A stretch of 64,000 bases of DNA from Antedon mediterranea (taxonomy: Eukaryota > Animalia > Echinodermata): contig NC_092674.1 of the NCBI RefSeq assembly GCF_964355755.1, positions 26,846,001 to 26,910,000 of the forward strand, written 5' to 3'. Positions 38,868-52,338 of this stretch are shown piece after piece. How positions within the stretch are numbered: the first letter of the stretch is position 1; each line of letters opens with the position of its first letter. Made by a program: the position numbers and the translations under genes. Under the pieces are notes generated by a model, which saw only the letters and a program-made list of their open reading frames with translations, did no database searches and had not been told where the DNA came from.

Positions 38868-39723
38868 GGGCCTGTTTCTATTGAAAAATAAAAAAAGAAC
38901 GGTTTTTTGGAAACCGGTTTCGGCTGTTGTTTATAAATAAAGATCGCGTTGCAGCTCAATTTTTACTCCAATAAAACCGGTTCCGTCCATGTGCGTTCGT
39001 TATGAATGACATCATTATATACACCACAATGCAGTTCGTTAGGCGGAAGCGTGATTGGATCGAGGTCATGTTTACTTTTTTTCGCATAGCGCGATCCCCA
39101 AGAAATAGCATCCATTTCATCATAGAAGGGGGAATTATTACCTGAAACGTTATTGTGGTCCTTGGTTAAAGTATAGGTACGTCGCACCCTCTGATATTGT
39201 CAAGTTGAACTCGTCTAGCTTTCACACGCTTTACAATATTCTTAAAAACATGTAGGCCTTAGATAGGCCTACGTGAGTCTTTCTTCCGACTCCCGACAAG
39301 TCCCCTCATCTTCTTCCCTTCACATATTTTTTACGAACCTCGTAATGGCATCGGTCAACATTTTTTAGTTAAATAAAATACTCACTATCTAGAGAAATAA
39401 AAATGACTTAGGCCTAGGTCCTATCGCGCAGGTTTGACTGCGAGTTGACCGCAATCGTCCCAGTGCAGCAGACTGGAGAGTTCAGTTTTTGGGGTCAAAT
39501 TGAGACCGCGATTGTGTTGCAGCTAAAAATTGCTCCACGGAAACCGGTTTCAGAACGGTTCTTTGCGATCGAGACCGCAATCAATTGGGGTTTTTGAAAC
39601 CGTTTTTAAGATCGGTTCTTTTTTGTGGTTTTTTGTGGGGACCCATTTCTGCTGGCAAGAAAAAACGGTTCTTGAAAAGAACGGTATTCAAAACCGTATT
39701 CTCTGCTCTATAGAAACAGGCCC
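38868..39723. mobile_element. Non-autonomous PIF/Harbinger-type transposon in the Fat intron
   Basis: 14-bp TIRs GGGCCTGTTTCTAT / ATAGAAACAGGCCC, 3-bp TSD TAT, sub-terminal AAACCGGTTT / AACGGTT repeats. Confidence 0.85.
39070..39361 (-). pseudogene. Decayed Myb/SANT-like (trihelix) DNA-binding ORF of the Harbinger element
   Basis: YTLTKDHNNVSGNNSPFYDEMDAI matches the Y..KD.N..SG....PFY.EMD.I pattern of Harbinger-associated Myb/SANT proteins. The upstream part has stops and frameshifts. Confidence 0.65.
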
Positions 39724-42700
39724 TATGATATTGGTAATAATGTTGTTTACCATGGAAACAGTGTGATCTCATGATATAAACAAATGTCCATTAGGGCCAT
39801 CTTTTATAATTTACTGTCAATTTTAGTAGTTTATCTAATCTGTGGGTTACCCACCCAGGTTAATTGACTTCCTGTTTAAATATAGCCAAATTTTAAAGTC
39901 TCAATAAAAATTGTTTATACTGTACTGTACAGTAGTGTTATACCATGTACCTATAAATTAAAATAGGTCCATGGTTAACCTGTACACAAGATTTACCAAG
40001 CATAATGCAAGTTACAGTAACATTGTTATAACAAAACAGATTCTATGTATACAGTATCTGGAATTACTGTATAGTACTGTAGAAATACTGTACTGTATTA
40101 CTGTACATTGATTTAATGCCATAAAAATCAAAGAATGAACATTCACTGCATAATTCCTTAGGTTGTTAATTATTAAAAAGTTGCACCAAGAGGTATGTAA
40201 TAGTGTAAGCTTGATTCTCCGTTGCCAGTTTTTTTGTTGTACATTGCATCGAATTTTGATCTTCGTTCAAGTGTCAGTATCTGCAATGAAATCAATAATG
40301 TTCAATGCTCTGTTTCGTGTTAGTGTATCGGTGTACTAATGAAAGAAATGTAATTTAGGTAAAGACTAATTAAGCTACTGATTTCATTACTCGCCTTTTA
40401 TTGGATGTTTTTCAATGTCGACGGATCAAGTTACTAGACTCAAAATCATCTGCTTAATCGGAAGTTTTAAGTGATTAGTTATATTGCTACTTACTTTTAA
40501 CAAGAAGATTGAATTTTTTGAGTAATTGTTTCCGTAGTTATTCAGGATTTTATTCGGTTTTATTCTTTTATAGTCTTCCACAATTATGCAATCAGTCTTT
40601 TAAATGAAAATAATGTGTTAATGATAATGTATTGTAGATAAAACATGAAGCAGATTGCTTTATTTTATAGCCAATTTTCATTTTCTGGCTTTGGTTTAAA
40701 GTATTGAGAAGATACTGTACAGTTTATACAGTGTTTTCTCCAGCATTTGACCTCACAAAATGTTTATTTTCCGCCCCTTCCTCAAGGATACCTTCCCTAC
40801 AGTTACAGTAAGTTATGTTGTTTGTTATATCATTAGTAGGCCTAAATTGGTACTCATAATATTATTAGCTGGATCATTTAATTACAGTAGATCTTTCAGA
40901 TAAAAAAATTGACGTTTGAATATGAAGATGCTGTCGACTTTAGAAACTGTCGAATGAAAAAAAAAAGTTGTTGTGCTGCTCTTGAGGACAAGGCATCTAT
41001 GTTGAACACAAAATCTTTTAAAAGCCATCGGCATTCAACTGTTTTTAATCATGATTACAACGTTGCTGGTCCAATTCTATGCAAATTTATATCAAAATTT
41101 CATTTCAATATTGTTATGAATTGAGAAGGTGATTCGGCCTAAGGCTTATCAGTAAGCCAATGACTGACGTACTGTATGTACGTTAAAGCTGGAGGTATTT
41201 AGTGGTGTCTGTTGAAATGACGCCATGTGGTCCCTAAAGAGTGAAACCGAGTAAGAGTTCTCTGCTTCCTTAGATCGCCACATCTTGGGGCAATAGTGTT
41301 CTAACTGAAATGTATTTAAATAGCTTTAGAATTTTGTTAAATGACTCCATCTTCTATTATATCAACCTACTGTACAGTTACAAATTCTATTTTTTGGAAA
41401 ATTTACTGTGTAGTACAGTATTGACTACATTATTCTTCGTAGGATATGCTGGCTCGAAATGAAGGGATTCTTTCATGAATCCCCACTGCATGTATTGATT
41501 ATAGCAGTTGGATGTACTCTTCGTACTATTAGAAAATATAATACTACAGGTCTAAGTCAGGTCATCGTTAATGGGATGACCTCACCAGCTGGGCAGTTCC
41601 ATCAAAATACCATTTTGTAGTCGTTCTGTTCTCACTGAATGTTGCAGCCTTAACAATGCGTTTACTTGTAAGCAATTGATCTTGCCGTACCGTATGTACA
41701 GAAATTTAACGAAGTGAAAAGAAGTAAATTAATCAACTGGAAGTCTTTTCAATTCTGGAAAGTACATTTGCTTTCAAAATAACAATTTTGTTGGGTTTAA
41801 CAATAATTTGAAGGCTAGTCAAGTTATACAGTTCATCGGTCTACCAAAAAGTTCATCAGAGAAATCATTATTTTAATAATATCATTGATAAGAAAACAGA
41901 AATGAATAATGTCCTGGATTTCGGTGTTAATTTAATTGACAAGATTTAATATCCGACCTACTCGCTATAATATTGATTTTTGTTTAGCCTGCATTTAATT
42001 ATTGTAGTTCTACTTCTACGAAGACTGATTTATATCTGAAAAGTAAATATTAAATATCTGAAAAGTATGAAATATTATATTCACAATTTACAGAAGTTTC
42101 TATCTAGTCTATTTAGCCTAGTATACAGTACTAACTTGCAGAATAAGAACTAAACTTTGAACGCCCCTCCAAGATTAGACAGTAATTGGCATTACCGAGC
42201 TTTGGCAGTTACCAGTACTGTACATTTTGATTATTGTTAAGAGATTTGCAATTTTAAACTATTGTTTATTCAATAAATATTTGGTATAAATTCAATGATT
42301 TTAAAAAATATTTTGAAAAAATAATTTCTAATACCGTAGTCAACACATCTGAAAATGACCTATCTCTCTTTGAAATGGCTTTACAGTAGATTTCCACTTT
42401 AAAAAAATGTAATGTTCAACAACAATTTTAGAAGCCTAATTGGAAAATGTTACTGTATCTATGATGGTGCAATCAGTCTAAAAAATAATGACACCATTTT
42501 GTACACTATATCGGGGTAAAGTCCACTTGATTCATCATAGGCGACAATGTCTTGTTTGTCTTTAGAGTAGGATGTGGTAATAAACAATGAAGTATTTACT
42601 TGTACCTCCTGTATGTAAATAGTGCATCACAGTTATAGTAGGCCTATCACCTTTGACCTTTTCATAATAATGAATAATATCCCTAACTTTTAATTACAGT

Positions 42701-42849
42701 AGGTAATACCTATCTTGTACAATTTATATACCATTATTATACCATTGTTTTGAAGTTTACTATATAATCTTCTAGAGTAGAACTTGGAAGGTTATTACAA
42801 AATAGAATAATATGAATATGTGCTGGTACTGTACTGTATACAATGCATT

Positions 42850-43047
42850 CAAGCCTGTGCCAAGGGAGGTGTAGGATTCGAACAATCCCTCTTTTTTAAG
42901 TCTGTATCCTTTTAGAAGCAGCAAAAGTGCTAGTAAATAGGCCTACTGTAGCTAGCTATACTTATGACATTTTGGGGCAATCCTACCACTGGATAGCTAG
43001 CAATAGCATGCAAATTTCATCATCCTTCAATCCTAGCTACAGGCCTG
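42850..43047. mobile_element. Degenerate hAT-like MITE
   Basis: CAAGCCTGTGCCAAGG ... CCTAGCTACAGGCCTG imperfect TIRs; TSD not clear. Confidence 0.5.
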
Positions 43048-46000
43048 CAGTATCTGATTCCTATCCTTCAGTCAGATTTTAAAATAATGAACAGTTTACA
43101 ATTACATATTGTATTCATCCTCCTAATGATGATGGTCCTTGTAATGGTATAATTGGCTTATTACTAAACCAATGGAATGCTATTATACAACAGACAACCT
43201 TACATTTATTAACAGGATGTACCCACATGTTGAGATAGGCATTTTGTGTCCAGACACATTGGAATGAAAATTCCTGAAGAATGAAGTTGTACAGTGGAAC
43301 AGTTGATTAAAATTTATATACAGTATATTTAATAGCTAGGTTGGCCTTAGAATTTTAAAACATATTCTCCAGACAATGGCTATAGCATAACAACTGAATT
43401 GTTGAGACAACTTTTATTCCTTTTGGAAACACATTGGTGTACCACAAAACCTACTAGGTATTGGTTATTCCCCATATTTCCCCTTGTTCAAATATGTTCC
43501 TTATAGAGCTGTCCCGTAAATAGGGGTGTCCCCAAAAGGAGGTGTTCGTACTGTAATTGATACTAATGTAGAGCTCAGTACTGTATTTGTTTCTTGAAAA
43601 ACTGTATATTTTCAATTGCTTGTTTACAATAAGTTTTTTTTATAAAACATTGATTTTGAGTGGGTTTATGATCAATTTGAATAACTAAATGTCAGCTTTA
43701 GTACTAGCGTACCTAGCCATGAAATTGCCTCGCTGTCTGAGTGAATGAAATAGTTACAAATTAGGGTTGTTTTATTGTGTCACTTTTCTTCAGCTAAAAA
43801 TGCTTAGAGGAAAAACAGTATTTTCTCCTCTGGTAGGTTTCCACAATACAGTGCTAATCTGTTTATATTGCTAGCCTTTGAACATTGAGCAACCCTTACT
43901 TCAAATAGACCTTGTCCAATTTTGTTCTACCATTCAAACATTATTTGCATACTGTGCTTTCATGAATTTATCAGTCTATTGTTTGTGACAAGCATCAGTC
44001 TGTACTCTCACCCCACAGACAATGGGCTAGGCTCGAACTCTGGATGTTCCGTCCTTCACTTCATATTGTCTTAAGTCACTGAACTCTAGGCCCGTTGTTT
44101 GCTGCCCAATTAATCATAAAACAAACTGGTATGCTTTATCTTTTGTTGAAATCCAATTGCGGGTAATTAATGAGAGTTTGTCTTGCCATTTCTTCATTTC
44201 AACGGTCATTATGTTCATAAAAGAGATTTTTACTTCTCATTGTACGAAATAAAAGCGACTGAAGCAATTTTGTACAATTTCAGATTTTTAGCATCCATCC
44301 AATTTTTAAAGGTCAAGTTGGTGCAATTACATTCTAAAAAATATGACATTTAAAAAAAAATGAAATGGGATTTTTTATTCAGAACAAACCGCGATGATTC
44401 TTTCCCAACAGGATACGAATACAAAAGTGTCATTTCTATCAAGTAGCTTTCGATTGCTTCTCTTTCTTTACCTTTGTTGAGTGTACAGACACTAATCAGC
44501 ATTAAATTTACTTTGGCCAATGGGCAGTAAAAACCACAACAGTCAAACTTCCCAGTAACTTGCCCAATTTGCTCAGTCAATTTTTCACAAAAAGTTTGTA
44601 AATGTTAACATTTTAATTACCTTAAAATTGAATTCCGGCGAATAAATAACCTGGTTTACTGGCCTGGTATGTCAGTTAAAAATAACCCATCTATTTTTTA
44701 AAATAAATTATTGTATTCAGCATAATTTGTCTTGTAATATTTACTGTTATGTGTGGGTTTCTTTTTAATATCAAGAATTCTCTAATACAGTATGAGAAAA
44801 TGTTAAATTTTCAACTAAAATATAATAGTTAATTATACAACTGTAGGTTTTCATGAGTGATTCTAAGGTCAAGGCCTCATATTTTGTCCAAAACGTGCTT
44901 GCCATCTTTTGTGTAAATTAAAGTGTTAAAAAAACTTGTATAATTATTGAAAGACAACGTGTTGGATTAAACACAATGGGAACTAATCCCGTATGGAAAT
45001 TCTATGATAGCCATTGAATATGTATCGCTTTTGGTTTCAACCAATTGTTTGGCTTGTCTGTCAGGATTAATAAAACACCTTTCATTCATCCATTTCATAA
45101 AAAAAAGATGTGTTATTGATGATTTGGGACAAACTGTACCCTATGCTTACTCACTCATAGATAATTTAATGTCAATTTCAAAATTATGTTCAACTACAAT
45201 TGATAAATGTATATTACCAAGTACTGTATAGTACCAGGGGACCTGTGTATGACATTTTGCAAAAATGTTTTATTTATTATACTTTTATATAGGAAAATGT
45301 CTGAATTTAGCCTAAATTAGGGGGTGAGATCTATAGCAATTAGCATTCATTCAATACAATTAAAAGTACTGTACAGTATTAGATATCATTGCTAGTTGAA
45401 CTTATCCATTAAAAAACTTTTAGAAAATTATGTACAGTACTGTAGTAAATTAAAATGTATGATTTTGCGCAAGTTTTTACTATTGTAATAACTGCTTTAA
45501 AGTACACATTTAGACCTTGAAGAATATTAATATATCATTTTAATAACAATTATAATTGGGATAACAATACAATATACTGTAGTGTAGATAATTACTTTGT
45601 TGCCTACTACTACCAGATGTAAGGATTAGTACCTGGATTTCTGAGCTTAATTATTTCCATAATCAACGCTTTCTAATATCCACCCTTTCATTCATTCTAT
45701 TGAGGCTTCCCATGTGGTACCCTTGACCTCACTTGACCCCATTGCGACTTCTTGTATCTTTCCCATGATGCACAAAACAAAGAAAGAAAATGAAATTACT
45801 CTCAGCTTTGTATCCCTTCTGGGAATTCTTCATAAGTGGATGTTTTTCATCAATGTTTTATTGTCATGTACTTTTGCTCTCTACTTTTTGTACTTTTATC
45901 AAATATTTATAAACTTTGCATAATAGATTGTGAAATAGAATTCTTAACAAATCTGTTTTTTTACAACTCAACCCTTCCTAACTGTATTGGATACAAACGC

Positions 46001-49000
46001 AATTGTACAGTACTAATAATTTCTTTATTAAATATTATGTACAGTACTGTATACCATAAAATGTACATTGATTCTTCTCGCACAAATAAATACATACGAA
46101 TAAAAGCAATTGTATAACATTCATGCTTAGGACAAATTGATATTGGGTGTTTTTACTCAAATGTATTGCTTTTGGTACTTGGTTTTTAGTTGTCTTTTGA
46201 CAAATTTTATCAAGAATTCTTTTAGCATTCTGATAATATTGAGGTCCAAATATGTTTTTTAAAAGGTACAGTAATCTTATTGTTGATGTGTTAACAAGTA
46301 TTTTTCTTGTGATGTGAAGTCAGTATATGTTTCTCTTTTTATAAAAAGGTACTATTTCTCATGATATTCATGGATTGCTATAAGCATGTCATGAACTTAG
46401 GGAAAAAATTTTAATCCTGATGCTGAGGACAAGGTGGCAGTGATCAGTTAGCAAGGCATGTAAAATGACAAAACCTTAATCCCTTGTATCCACCGCACAA
46501 TTCCCAAAGCGAGCATCAATTGCGGGTGGTACAACTATCAAGATATCACAGGAAGACAAGTCCCTAGCTACTTTATCTCTGTCATTGTTTTTAAAGGCAG
46601 TTTCGCATCTAATTAGTCAAGAAGAAGCATAATAAAAATATAAAATCAGACAAGAATGTCACATCAAGTGACAATGACGTTTACAATTTAATTACACATT
46701 GCTTTTAATCACTATCATGTGGATATACTTTGTTGCCATGATAGAATATGTTAGCTAGACCGAAAATGTGAAAACTTTATACAAAGCAAGGAATGCAATA
46801 GTTACAATGTCAGTTGTTTCATATCCATTTTTGTAAAAGTACTTTCCATTTTTGTACTAATTCCAAGCTTTTAGCTAGTTTAATGGTGATACTAATGGAT
46901 ACAGTAATTTGTACGGGATGGACGCTAGTGACCGTAGTATTACGGATTTAACACACATTTTAAAAATCCATATTTTATTCATAAATTATGAATTCTTTGC
47001 CATTATAATTGTCTATTCTGTTGCCTTTGTTAGACCAAATAATTTGCTTGTTTTTAATTAATGTTTTTATTGTTCTTTGTATCTGCATCTGTGTAAAATT
47101 TCAGTTACAAACTTGATTGAATAGTATTTCAAAATCTTTTCTAAATATTTAAATTCCATTTTAATTGTGAATGTTAATTTGGGGAAATAGATTAGTCAAA
47201 TAATTTTGATCTACAACCTATTTCTTTAAAGTCTGTTTGCACCCAGCCTACAATAGTAGTAGTTAGTAGTAGTAGTACAGGAATTTTCCCTTCCCTCATC
47301 CCTAAAATGCCTTTTGATACTGTACAATACCTCCTACAATAGTTTTTAATGTCTCCCACCCCTTTTAATGTATTTCTATTTTGCTTATTTTTCTTAAAAT
47401 TATCTATTATTAGTTTTATTTCTAAAAATTAGAATATTAGGTCATAGAAACTGTTAAACCATACTCGGTTCAGCCAAGCAGAATGAGCTCAAACACCTGA
47501 TGGGAGGAGGAGTCTTATTACTACCTGCATATTCATTCTTCGCATTTTTGCTTTGAACCGAAGTTGCAAGTCATCGGAGCAGAAAACGGTTTACAAACTG
47601 ATCAGCTTCAGATATCGGTACGACTGGAATAACACGGTATCATTTTTAAATAAGATACTACGAAAATATACAAAGCTTAAAATGTATTGTAATTATATCC
47701 AACTCGTACTTGGCAACTTTACTGAACATTATTGTTTAAGTTGAATAAAACCATAACAGTAAACTCCATATTTAGGTATCCATTTAATAGGGTGTCCCTT
47801 GAATAGGGGTTGACCTTATTCAGTTCACAGAAATATATAGAGGGTTTAATGGATAGTAAAAGAGAGTTTTTATTTATAGAGAAACTGATGTTAGATTTTT
47901 AAATTAAATTTTTTGCTTTATTTGTTGTAAAATCGAGTGTAATTGGTGTTAATTCATCCATGTTAAGTGCTTTTCCGACAGCGATCAATACACCCGGATA
48001 TTGGACCAATAGGTAGTCTTTGTTTTTAACCAATTACTGCACTGATTGCTGCATCGCATCTGGATAATCTCGTATTGCTAACTGTTCAAATCCCGTAAAT
48101 TTGCTTTTTATTTTATAACATTATGCATTCATTTTTAACATCAAAGAGAAATTGAACAGATTTACTGTAGCTATTGGTATTAGATTTTTTCAATGGATTT
48201 AGTATACTGTTGAATATTTTAGTTAATTTCTCTCTACGAGATTAGTGAGCACAAATAAAAATATGGTTAAATATTTTGCATTTGATGTACCGTGATATAA
48301 TTGAATGAGTCCCATTGATTTATGTTAGATTTCAGTTAACAAAGATTAGTAATTAGTAATTTCACACCCCCTAATTTTACCAAATGCTGTACTGTACATG
48401 CAGTCAGGCCATTTAGGATATTTCTGTAGGTCAAATGGTAAATTTGTATAATTTGAAAAGAGATGATTCCTAATGATAAATGCTGAAATATTTTATTCTA
48501 TTGGTGGACTTTTTAGTGTTGATTCCTCTAGTTTCTGAAAATCAGTTTCATCAATTAAAAAAACATCATTAAATGACAAAAGAACAATGATTAAAACTGT
48601 TTTTTGTAAGAAATATTACCTATTTATAGTATACCATGTTTTTTTATTGATACTGTAGGAAATGTAACTACCGTATGAATGACTGATCCTAATAATAAAC
48701 TTGATAATAGTTGTTTATTATTGGATTTATTTATTTATAAGTTGGATCCTTGTGATTTATTTCCTAAAACATTTTCTTTAAATTGAGAACAATTAGGAAA
48801 TAATAGCCTGTTAATTAATGATTGTCCAGTCAATAGGTACAATAGGAATTTCCTGGATGAGTCATTGGCTATGAGAATAATAGGGTGAATAACTTCCAAC
48901 ACCCAACACCTTTCAATTAATCAAACTATTCTTGGTTAATTAGTTAAAAGCTACAGGTGAATATTACTCAAACAAAGAAATGATTTATGCATTTTATATT

Positions 49001-52000
49001 AGGTAAAGGTGGACTGACTTAGGTTTTATTGTTTTCATTTTATGTTGTGGTTTCTTGGGCGGTGAATTACTTAAAACATTTTTTTGGGTTATGCCAATAT
49101 TTGCGGCAGACAAATACCTTCATAATTATTAAATTTATGAATATATTTCTGGTAATTTAGTTTGTATGTAAATTTGCAATATTTTTATTGCATTAAATTT
49201 AAAGATTTTGCTATCTTGATGGTTGCTCGTTCTTTGTGCAATAGGAACAAAGATATTTTGCGCAATTTGAAATGCTGGTTTAGCTTAATACAACAAAGCA
49301 TACAGTACACTGCATTGTTATAAACAATCATACAGTTTTTATGTTTGGTTTTTCTTTGAAACATTTATATATTTTAAAACAGAACATTTGACTTTCAAGT
49401 TTCATTATCCTTTTCTGACTATATAGAGAGAAATATATCGAATATGGATCCATCCGCTCAAGAAGTTGGATCAGCATTAAAATATTATTTTAAAAACTTG
49501 CTCTTCTGATTTCACTTACTTAAAATTGTATCACTACATATAACCATTGATATTATATGAACATGTTTTTAGTACTGTACATCAATAATATTCATTATCA
49601 GTTTACCTCCTTGAGTGCCAGCTAATCGGAAGTCATGCAGATAAATGTTGGCCAATACAGGAAATAATCAAATTGTATTGCCTTTACTTGACTTAGCCAA
49701 GCTGGAGGTGTGGCCCCTTCTCATGGGGATATAGTAAGAAAGTTGTGAGGTAGATTCAAGTTGAATGTCTGCATTTTAATGACTTCTTAAGAGTAGATCG
49801 GTATGTTCACGGTTTAATAGCTAGTAAACTTCTCTATCACAAGTCACATGGTATGTTGTATAGCTTGGTTCAAACAAGAGGACATAACGTACACAAGAAA
49901 TGCAGTCATAAGTATTTGAATAATTGGTCAAATAACCACCTTAGTAAATAGCAAGATATTGAGCAGTAATATTAAATTTATTTCTAATTTGTTTGTAGCC
50001 CCTGCCTATATTTACTTTATTTAACATGAATAAAACATTAATGGTTAATATCAAAATCTAGCGGAAGCAAAAAAGGAGTAGTCTATAATTAGCAAGGTAT
50101 CTGGTACAGTAAGGAAGGGGTTGCAGCAGTTTGGAATGTTAGGTTCAAGTTAAGTTTGTCAAGCTCTATAAAATATATACAGTACCTTAAGTAAACTCAT
50201 TGATACCCGAACATAAATATATTGCTGAACAAAGAAAAGATGTTGGTCAAAATAATTGGATGGTTACTATTGCGCAATGTCAGTCTACAGTGACTATCAT
50301 TATAGCAGTCCCCTACTATTAGAATTCCTAAGCAATATGGAGGCCACAGGTAGAACAAGGTCAAATTCCTTCTTCTTCCAGGTGTGAACATTCATCTTTT
50401 TGTTGTTTTTAGGGAGGTAACATTTCTTAAAAATCAAAACAACTGAGTCCCTGCTCGTTAGTTAATTTATACAAACTATATTGAAAAGTTTATTTAAAAA
50501 TGTACTTGAATTTGGTTGATTCTCCAATAAAAAATTGTACACTTCAAACTGCCTTTGAATTAGGCTTCATATTGCGACACAAATCACCGTATTATGAACC
50601 TGTGGTTTAGACGTAGTGAGCTGGCTGAGGTTTTACGCATGCCTGCCCACGCGTCTTATACTATGAATCATGCCGTACACCTTGCTGATTCTTACAAACT
50701 AACGAGAAATATGATTCAAAAGGTGAGACGTGATACCAAAGAGATGAGCGCTCGGTTTGGGGTATTTTTCTGGCATTTGAAGAATCTTACATTTTTTGCA
50801 CCTGTAGTATACAAAACACCTTGTGAATAACCTTAACTTAATGATACAAACTTGCGATTTAATCTGAACTAAGTTTCTTGTCCTTTGTTGAGCCCATTGT
50901 ATGCATCTCATATAACACCTTCCATTTACATACAGAAGAAGGGAATTCAAAATTTTGTTAAAGATAGAAGTAGTAGATACATGTAGGTAGAAAGATGTTT
51001 TACTGTCTTTAACGTAATAACTCTTAATAGTACTTCATACATTAGAATTCTTGGTCAAAGTGGAAGTTGTTTACTGGTGGGATGCGAGTAATTGAAATAA
51101 TTTCTAACAATTTTAAAGCTATAATAGTAGGCGTATTAAATTGGAAGCCTGGAAACACATGGTACTGCTGCGATAAGTTTGAGGAGCTAGATCCACTGAT
51201 TATCTACTCAAAACTGCTCTCACAAATGCACCAAATTACTCCAGTAGTTTTTACAGTTTTCTATAGTAAAATTCTAAATATACACGTTGATTTAATAGAA
51301 AAAAGCATAAACCATCATATAAGTAGTTTCAGAAACATTTCCATTAATTTTTCTTTCAAATTTAAAAAACAGATTTTTTTAGAAGTACGGTAGTGGTATT
51401 AGTTTGAAGACAGCTTTATGAGAAATTAGGTTACAATGTTCTTGTTACAATTTCCTCTTGTTGATATCCATGTTATTTTGTGTGGCCTTGTTAGATAAAA
51501 AGATTATGTACCGGTAAGCCTACACAATACATGAATAATCACTGATTCTATTTTAATTCAAATTAAGTCAATGTTTCTTTGTGAATACAAAAGTTATTTG
51601 GACGAGCGATCAGAGTCCATTGTGTAAATGATCAAATGCTTTGTGCAATTTGTAAATGTTTGTAAAAAACAATAAGAACACAAAGAAACATACTGTACTA
51701 AACTGGTTGTTACTAGTATTTGAAAATAAACACAAATTACAGTACTTTTTGTAATGTGTAGCTGTCTCATGAGTATTTTATTATTTATAAATGAAATTTA
51801 ATTAATTTAATTTATGAAATGTTTGTTATTGTCATTTTCATTCGGTACTTGCATAAAAACAGAATGATAAAACATACAAGGATGACCCATAAACTTTTTT
51901 CCAATGCCTGTGTCCTCAGAAACAAAAAATATTTATATAATACAAAAACATTGACAAATGTAATAGCCAAAGTAAATAATTTTATGAACATTATTATTTT

Positions 52001-52005
52001 TACAG

Positions 52006-52338
52006 GTGTCATACGTACTGCAAGTCCACTCGATCGTGAATCTACGCCACACTATTGGTTAACAATCTACGCACAAGATAAAGGAGCTGTGCCACTCCAT
52101 TCAACGATAGAAGCGTACATTGAAATTTTAGATGTTAACGATAACAGTCCGCAGCCCCTTCTACCAGTGTACTATGCCGAAGTAGCTGAAAAAAGTCCCG
52201 TAGGTCGTTCAGTCATCAAAGTGACCGCTGAAGATTTGGATTCATCTTCCAATCAGCAATTGGAGTTCTCCATAATAGATATCTTGAACGCAAACAATGA
52301 TAAAGTTAATGGTGTATTCACCATTGATCCAACAACAG
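52006..52338 (+). CDS. FAT1: Fat-like protocadherin, second coding exon (rest of EC10, most of EC11)
   Basis: Acceptor TTTTTACAG at 52005, donor AG|GTAATA at 52338, 333 bp, phase 1-1. Joins in frame to give ...IDSEG-VIRTASPLDRESTPHYWLTIYAQDKGAVPL..., a FAT1-family signature. Confidence 0.95.

Noticed and set aside
50560-50835. GC-richer block with 78- and 83-aa ORFs
   Set aside because: No recognisable domain, splice sites or matching TIRs; probably a TE fragment but not supportable.
51819-52005. N-terminal part of the 182-aa ORF
   Set aside because: AT-rich intron sequence upstream of the acceptor at 52005; only 52006-52338 is cadherin-like.
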